Shown: in pieces, positions 58,178-64,000 of the stretch
Layout: each line of letters begins with the position of its first letter
Numbering within the stretch: position 1 is the first letter of the stretch
Origin: an uncultured bacterium
GTDB taxonomy: Bacteria > Krumholzibacteriota > Krumholzibacteriia > Krumholzibacteriales > Krumholzibacteriaceae
Assembly: GCA_963813815.1 (NCBI GenBank)
Contig: CAWFAD010000008.1
Coordinates: forward strand, 1-64,000
Length of the DNA: 64,000 nucleotides
Direction of reading: 5' to 3'
Translations under genes and position numbers: made by a program
Notes under the pieces: generated by a model
Told to the model about the DNA's origin: nothing
What the model saw: only the letters and a program-made list of their open reading frames with translations
The model's database searches: none

Positions 58178-58723
58178 ATGAAAAAGGCTGTTTTTCTGGC
58201 TGCGCTGCTGACGCTCGCCGCGGGAGCCGCGCAGGGGGCGAGCTATATCGGGCTCTATGCCGATCCCGCTCATCTCGTGTGTCAGATGCGAACCCTTCAG
58301 TACGTGCCCTTCGACTGCTACGTGTTCATGATCAATTCGGACGGCACCGGCATCAAGGGGGCCGAGTACAAGGTCGTCTTTCCGTCCGGATATATCATAG
58401 CCTTTACGGTGGCCAATCCGGACATAACCGTTATTCTCCGCGATCCCTTTTGCGGCACTATTCTTACCTTCGAGACCTGCTGGATGGACTGGGTCTGGTC
58501 TCACAAGTTCACCTGTATTAGCCTGATCGAACCGGCTCCCGCGGTCATCACGGTCGAAGGCAATCCGGACGACTACTACCTCCTCCAGATCGTGAGCTGC
58601 GAGCCGGGGCTGCCGGCGTACCCGCTCACGATACTGAATCCGCTGTTTCTGAATAGTTTCGGGTCAGGATGCGAGATCGCGGTCGAGGAATCGAGCTGGG
58701 GAGCTATCAAGAGCCTCTTCTAG
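58178..58723 (+). CDS. Secreted Cys-containing protein with a C-terminal SWGxxK motif
   Basis: Signal peptide; YIGLYAD; ends AVEESSWGAIKSLF. Confidence 0.8.
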   Translation: MKKAVFLAALLTLAAGAAQGASYIGLYADPAHLVCQMRTLQYVPFDCYVFMINSDGTGIKGAEYKVVFPSGYIIAFTVANPDITVILRDPFCGTILTFETCWMDWVWSHKFTCISLIEPAPAVITVEGNPDDYYLLQIVSCEPGLPAYPLTILNPLFLNSFGSGCEIAVEESSWGAIKSLF

Positions 58724-59130
58724 GAGCGCCAGTCCCGCATCGCGCTGCAAACGGCCCTCTCGAGACCGGAGATGTCGAGCGGTTTCGGGAGAAAATCCCT
58801 CGCGCCGAGCGAGACCGCTCGTGAGCGCATCTCCACCGTGTTTTCCCGCGTGACGACGATCACAGGGACGTCGGAGCCGACGCGACTCTTTATATAAGAA
58901 AGGATCGCGAGCCCTTCCGCGTCGTCGTCGTCGGCCAGGTAATGCGGCAGGTTGAGGTCGAGAAGGACGAGCGAGGGCACGCCCGTCCGGAGATACTCGA
59001 ATGCCTCCTCCCCCGACGAGACGCGGGCGACCGGAAGGGGAGGGCTCCACATGGCGAATAGATCCTCGACAAAGTCACGATCGTCTTCGACGATCAAGAG
59101 CTCGCCGTTCGCTTTTCCGGCAGCATTCAT
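58720..59130 (-). CDS. Single-domain response regulator
   Basis: LLIVEDD, VLLDLNLP, IVVT, FLPKP. Confidence 0.88.
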   Translation of the reverse strand: MNAAGKANGELLIVEDDRDFVEDLFAMWSPPLPVARVSSGEEAFEYLRTGVPSLVLLDLNLPHYLADDDDAEGLAILSYIKSRVGSDVPVIVVTRENTVEMRSRAVSLGARDFLPKPLDISGLERAVCSAMRDWRS

Positions 59131-59279
59131 AGCTCCGCCTTTCAATAGGCGACCGCTCTCCATCTCTTCCCCTAGGTGCCGGCGCCGGCATGAGCCGATA
59201 TCCCCCTCCGGTGCCCAAACGAGACCAATCCGTTGTGCGATTCTCGAACCGGATATTCTCGTTTGTCAACAAGGCCAAG

Positions 59280-59295
59280 AGCAATCGGCGTTCCA
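59280..59295 (-). promoter_or_regulatory. sigma54 promoter
   Basis: TGGAAC-GCCGA-TTGCT with exact GG-N10-GC spacing. Confidence 0.65.
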
Positions 59296-59404
59296 CTATG
59301 CCGCGGCGCGGAACAAGCCGGAACGGCCGCCCCTATCTACATCGATTGCAACGAATCACGCGGGGCGACGCCGTCGCGCCGCATCGAAGGGAGTCGAGTC
59401 GCGC

Positions 59405-59512
59405 GCAACCGCGGTTGCCGCGCCGGGCCGCGGAGAGTAACGGGTAACGAGTTGCTCCATAGTCTGTTGCGGAGGGAAAACCGGTCGAAGGCCAGCGGCA
59501 ACTCGCGTTGCC
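59405..59512. promoter_or_regulatory. Candidate enhancer (UAS) palindromes
   Basis: GCAAC-N4-GTTGC at 59405-59418 and GGCAAC-N4-GTTGCC at 59497-59512, with GTTGC half-sites between. Confidence 0.55.
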
Positions 59513-59532
59513 GTTTCCAGAGGGAATGAACC

Positions 59533-60882
59533 TCATTTATTGATTTCGTTCAGCATCTTCTGGAGCCCGAACCGCGTGAGCCCCATGCGCCGCGCGGCCT
59601 CGCAGAGATCCCCGCCGCACGCCGCGATAACCGCTCCGGTGTATTTCCTCTGAAACTCCTTGAGGACGGCGTTCTTCGCGTCGCGATACCCCATTCGGAA
59701 CAGAGCTTCGCCCGACAGGGCTCCTTCCGCGTTCTCCTCGAACACATTCCGGCCCCCGAAGGCGCCGCGCACGACGTACGCCTCGACCATGTTCTCGAGC
59801 TCGCGCACGTTGCCCGGCCAATCCCTGCGGCAGAGATCGATCATCATCGCCTCGTCGATTTCGCGCTTCGGCTTTTTGAGCTCGATCGACTTGCGCTCCA
59901 GAAAATAGCGGGCGAGAGCCGGAATGTCCTCCCTGCGCTCCCTGAGAGCCGGCACGTCGACCACGTTCGCGCCGAACCGGAAGTACAGGTCCTGCCGAAG
60001 CGATCCGGTCTCGAGGCTCTCCTTGAGCGGCCGATTCGTCGAGGCGAGGAGCTTTCCGCGGAAGGGGATCTTCCTCGAGCTCCCGTTCCGCTCGAACTCC
60101 CTTTCCTGGACGACGCGGAGGAGCTTGGCCTGCAGCGAGGAATCGATCTCCGTTATCTCGTCGAGAAAGAGAACGCCTTCTTGAACGAGCTCGAAAATCC
60201 CCGGAATGTCCTCGGCTCCGGTAAAAGCTCCCCGGACGCTTCCGAAGAGCTTCAGGCTGAAGGTCTCGCGGGGCACCGCGGCGCAGTTGAGCGGCAGAAA
60301 CGCCCGGCCGGGACAGAATCGCTTGTGAATCTCCCTCGCCACGAGCTCCTTGCCGGTTCCCGTCTCCCCGGTGATGAGCACCGGCCCCGGACTCCCGGCT
60401 GCGAACGCGATCTCGCGGCGCAGATCGCGCATCTTCGCGCCGTCGCCGACCATTGCGCCGTATATCTCGTCGATTTCCATCCGGAGCGCGTCGTTGAGCC
60501 GGCTGATTCTCTGCTCCTCGATCGCCCGCGATATCCTCCGCTCGAGGTCGCCGAGATCGGGCCTCTTGTCGATGTAATCGGCGGCCCCTTTCTTGAGAGC
60601 GGCGGTCGCCGAAGCCGACGACGAATCGCGCGTCACCATGATGACGGGCAAGCTCGCATCGGATGCGCGCAGCGCTTCGAGGATCTCGAACCCGTCGAGT
60701 CCCCTCCCGAGATCGATGTCGAGCAAAACGGCGTCGAAGCCGAGCCGTTCGTGCGCGGAAAGGGCCTCTTTCGCGTTGTGCGCCATCACGATCTCATAGC
60801 GATCGGTCATGAGCCTCCCGAGATCGCCCAGAAACGTCTCGTCGTCGTCCACGATGAGAATGCGCACCCGTTCGGCGTTCAC
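59533..60882 (-). CDS. NtrC-family sigma54-dependent response regulator
   Basis: Receiver; GETGTGKE, GAFTGA, LFLDEI, WPGNVRELEN; Fis-type HTH. Confidence 0.93.
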   Translation of the reverse strand: MNAERVRILIVDDDETFLGDLGRLMTDRYEIVMAHNAKEALSAHERLGFDAVLLDIDLGRGLDGFEILEALRASDASLPVIMVTRDSSSASATAALKKGAADYIDKRPDLGDLERRISRAIEEQRISRLNDALRMEIDEIYGAMVGDGAKMRDLRREIAFAAGSPGPVLITGETGTGKELVAREIHKRFCPGRAFLPLNCAAVPRETFSLKLFGSVRGAFTGAEDIPGIFELVQEGVLFLDEITEIDSSLQAKLLRVVQEREFERNGSSRKIPFRGKLLASTNRPLKESLETGSLRQDLYFRFGANVVDVPALRERREDIPALARYFLERKSIELKKPKREIDEAMMIDLCRRDWPGNVRELENMVEAYVVRGAFGGRNVFEENAEGALSGEALFRMGYRDAKNAVLKEFQRKYTGAVIAACGGDLCEAARRMGLTRFGLQKMLNEINK

Positions 60883-63299
60883 GAAGTCCCCGCTTTCTCG
60901 GATTTTCTGAGAATGGCCCGCATGGTCGTTCCCGAGCCCAGGACGCTGTCGACGACGTAGATCTTTCCCCCGAATCTCGCGAGCTCCTGGCGGGAGTAGT
61001 ACAACCCGAAGCCCCCCTCGGCCTTCGTGGTATAGTGCCTATCGAAGACTCGCTCCCAATCCTCGCGCGGAATCCCGCATCCGTTGTCGCGAACGTCGAT
61101 CCGGCAGTAGTTCCCCTCCCATTGCGCCGCGATCGCGATCTCCGCGTCCGGCTTCCCTTCGGTCGCCCGGACGGCGTTCGTGAGAAGCGTCTCGAATATC
61201 TTGTCGAACGAGACGGAGGAAATAAAAACGGCGGCGCCTCCGGACGCATCCGGCGCGAGCGCGAACGAGATCCCCCCGGTCCCATGATCGTACCGGAATT
61301 GCGCGATCAAGCGATCGAGATTCTCGGCGACGGGGACGCTGAAAACGGATCGCAGATGCGAGCGAATTCCCGCGATCGACTCATCGACGGCATCGAGGGC
61401 AGAGAGCGTTTTCGCGATCTTCTCCTCCCAGGGGGCGGCCTTTTCGGAGTCGAAAGCGAGGACCTCCCCGATTCCGTCACCGGCGAGCCGAGCCTGCGAG
61501 AGGAGCGTCTCCCAAACTCCTTCCGGAACATTCGCCCTGCGGGCGAGCATAACGAGATGCTCGAGCTCCGGCACGATTGTTTCCCGGTACGTCTGCTGCA
61601 GTCTCGCGAAAAGATCCTCCCTCGTCACCCCATCGGAACGTATCCGCTCCCAGTTCTTCAAATGGAGCCGGAGGCGGTCGAGGGTCTTGAGGGACGATCC
61701 CCCGTGGCCGAAAGCCGACATCGCGGTGAGGAGCTCATTTTGCGCTTCCTGGAAATCGATCTGCTGCTCATGCCGCCGCCTGAGCCGGCGGCGGACGGAT
61801 ATCACGGCCCAGCCGCCGAGAAGCACGGCCGCCGACGCGCCGATCGTCAGGCGCCGCGAATGCGCCCTGAGCCGATCCGCGATCGGCGTCCTCGACATGG
61901 CCATGACATGGATCGAATCGCCGACCGCATGCCTGCTGTGCTCCTTGCTCCTGACGCTGCTGCCAGTCCTGAAGACGAAGTAATCCCTTCCCCCATGGCT
62001 GGCGCGCTGTACATCGAGTATGTTCTTGATCGGATGATCAGCGATTATGTTCCCTCTCTGGTCGAGCGCTATGAACCTGCCGGCCATGTAGCCGAGCAGC
62101 CGTTCTTTCCCGTCGCCGGCGAAATCACTCGCTCCATAGAACCGAAAACCCGAACCCCCCACCTGCTTGAAAGAAACGAGTTCCCTTCTCGTTTTGAAAT
62201 CGTGACTGAACAAGGAAAGGCTTCTGCCGACTCCCTCAATGAGAATTTCCGGAATGGAGTCGCGGTCAAGATGCACCGCGTGAATTTCACACACCCGGGA
62301 AGACAATAGAAAGGTGGAGAGCATCTTGCCCTCATGGTTCAGGATCGCTACGTTCCACGGATTCGTCGAATTGATGAAGGTCGAGTCGCCCATCTCCGCA
62401 TACCGAGTGGCGAGAATCTCTTTCAAGCCGTCGTGGTCGATGTCCGCGATCGCAAAGTCGCACCGGCCCGCGTACCCGGACATTTCCATGCTCCAGAGAC
62501 AGCGCCCGTCGCGCCGATCGAGACAGAATAATTGGGATAAGCTGTCGACGTGCCCGTGGCACACAATCCCGGAGGTCAACCCGCCGGTCGCCAGCAAGAC
62601 GCGAGGAACGCCGGCGCCGAAATCTTCGCACTTCATATTCAGCAAATAAGCCCCACAATCGAAGCGCCACAGATCCCGGCCCGTCGCCCCATCGTAAGCG
62701 AGGAGGGAACGGCAAGGCGCTTCGTCCTTGGGCATATTGAGCTGGATAAGAATCGTCGCGCGCGGGTCCCCGTCCGCTTTGAGGCTTCTTACCGTGATGT
62801 TAGAGAAGCATAGCAGAGGATCCTGCAACGCCCCTTTTCTCGGAGGAAGCAAAGGACCGATCGTATAGATGGGCGCCGACGCCTCATTCGGCGAAAACCA
62901 TCTATAGCAGAAAAGATATGGAGCCTCCCGCACGTTCCTGAGGACGAGGAACTCCTGCCGCCCATCGCCGTCAACATCCGCCACGACACGGGTGCTTCCG
63001 ACGCCACCGTATACGCGCTCCCCCGCGAGAGTCAGCTCGTTCCCCTGTAACCGGTACCGGAGGAGCCGATCATCCTTGTTGACGAAAAAATCGTCATTGC
63101 CGTCGTGATCGATGTCGGAAGCGATCAAAGGCCGGAACGATACGATTGGTTGGGAAACGACCTTCTCGATTCTGAAAGGGGTCACCCCGGTGTTGGGTCC
63201 CGAGGCTGCGTCCCGCCGGGGCCCCGCGCTCAGCACGAGGAGCACGCCGCCCAGAACGGCGAATGCGATTATGTATCCTATTGGCTTCGTCAGACGCAT
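60879..63299 (-). CDS. Sensor histidine kinase with an FG-GAP/beta-propeller extracytoplasmic domain
   Basis: DIDHDG repeats; TM; TNAVRA, DNGCGI, TTK..GGFGL. Confidence 0.82.
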   Translation of the reverse strand: MRLTKPIGYIIAFAVLGGVLLVLSAGPRRDAASGPNTGVTPFRIEKVVSQPIVSFRPLIASDIDHDGNDDFFVNKDDRLLRYRLQGNELTLAGERVYGGVGSTRVVADVDGDGRQEFLVLRNVREAPYLFCYRWFSPNEASAPIYTIGPLLPPRKGALQDPLLCFSNITVRSLKADGDPRATILIQLNMPKDEAPCRSLLAYDGATGRDLWRFDCGAYLLNMKCEDFGAGVPRVLLATGGLTSGIVCHGHVDSLSQLFCLDRRDGRCLWSMEMSGYAGRCDFAIADIDHDGLKEILATRYAEMGDSTFINSTNPWNVAILNHEGKMLSTFLLSSRVCEIHAVHLDRDSIPEILIEGVGRSLSLFSHDFKTRRELVSFKQVGGSGFRFYGASDFAGDGKERLLGYMAGRFIALDQRGNIIADHPIKNILDVQRASHGGRDYFVFRTGSSVRSKEHSRHAVGDSIHVMAMSRTPIADRLRAHSRRLTIGASAAVLLGGWAVISVRRRLRRRHEQQIDFQEAQNELLTAMSAFGHGGSSLKTLDRLRLHLKNWERIRSDGVTREDLFARLQQTYRETIVPELEHLVMLARRANVPEGVWETLLSQARLAGDGIGEVLAFDSEKAAPWEEKIAKTLSALDAVDESIAGIRSHLRSVFSVPVAENLDRLIAQFRYDHGTGGISFALAPDASGGAAVFISSVSFDKIFETLLTNAVRATEGKPDAEIAIAAQWEGNYCRIDVRDNGCGIPREDWERVFDRHYTTKAEGGFGLYYSRQELARFGGKIYVVDSVLGSGTTMRAILRKSEKAGTS

Positions 63300-63420
63300 T
63301 CTCGAAATGTAGACCGGTTGGCGATCCGAACCGGATGGATGTGTCTTTATATTCTAAAGCACATCCACCATGCCTGTCAACGCGCGAGCGCGGTCGCCGA
63401 GCTTCGGCGCGGCCCGGCAC

Positions 63421-63452
63421 AAAAACGCCCCCCGGCGCATGCGCCGGGGGGC
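63421..63452 (-). terminator. Rho-independent terminator of the HU gene
   Basis: GCCCCCCGGCGC-AT-GCGCCGGGGGGC with a T-tract on the - strand. Confidence 0.8.
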
Positions 63453-63486
63453 TTCGCTTCACTCGGCAATGAATCCGCGAGCGCTC

Positions 63487-63810
63487 TTAGAGCATGTCCT
63501 TGATGGCCTTCAAGGGACGGACACGCACCGTGCGCGAGGCCGGACGCGCCTTCTGCTTGATCATCTCGCCGGTGAAAGGATTGCGGACGAGCTTGCCGCC
63601 AGCAACCGCGGGTTTCTTCACCAGCGTGAGCTTCATGAGGCCCAGCTGGTTGAAGATCCCGTACTTCTTGACCGACTTGATCATGACGTCGGTCAGCGCG
63701 TCACAGACGGCGACGACGTCCTTCCGGGCGAGGCCGGTCTTCGCGGCGATTTCGCGATAGACCTCGTTCTTGGTCGGCGGCTTGTTTCCGACGGGTTTCT
63801 TCTTCGCCAT
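63487..63810 (-). CDS. HU/IHF-family DNA-binding protein
   Basis: TKNEVYREIAAKTGL, RNPFTGE, KARPASRTVRVRPLK; RBS GGAGGAG. Confidence 0.9.
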   Translation of the reverse strand: MAKKKPVGNKPPTKNEVYREIAAKTGLARKDVVAVCDALTDVMIKSVKKYGIFNQLGLMKLTLVKKPAVAGGKLVRNPFTGEMIKQKARPASRTVRVRPLKAIKDML

Positions 63811-64000
63811 TTTCCTTGCTCCTCCTTCGCCGTAGGGGTGAACGGATACCAACCTCCATAAGCGCTGCGCATCATAGCGCACAATATGCCTGTATGCACA
63901 GATATTTTTGCGTTTTCAGCCAAAAACTCCAAAGAGGGAGCACGCGGACTATTCGGGGGGAGCGCCGGCGAGCCCCCGCTCCGTGGTCAGGTACACGGCG

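Overview
High-GC bacterial window, probably a long-read MAG, since several genes carry single-base indels. A secreted protein ending in ESSWGAIKSLF suggests a Krumholzibacteriota/Latescibacterota-like lineage (inference). In order it holds: kdpDE-like two-component genes with a TrkH/KtrB K+ transporter; an ArsR-led acr3 arsenic/redox operon; an RRM protein; a B12 radical SAM enzyme; a mannoside-utilisation locus (two GH92, GH2, Na+:solute symporter, three tiny membrane peptides, GT4); a cellulose-synthase-like operon with two PilZ domains, divergent from a minor-pilin cluster, both with sigma54-type promoters; an S9 peptidase; a trypsin-like lipoprotein followed by a free copy of its own N-terminal domain; tmRNA; a second accessory region with a truncated GH94; an NtrC/histidine kinase pair; and HU. 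The most striking unexplained structure follows tmRNA (39456-46967): short, recombinase-free cargo units, all pointing toward ssrA, separated by four copies of a 22-35 bp site that ends in the ssrA 3' core TCC(A/G)CCA. In the two best copies the ssrA T-loop motif GGTTCGA sits exactly 5 bp further out, the attP-versus-attB geometry of large serine recombinases. The site also opens a WWTR..IRT..HTH reading frame. This looks like an integron-like cassette array, or stacked island relics, anchored on tmRNA.
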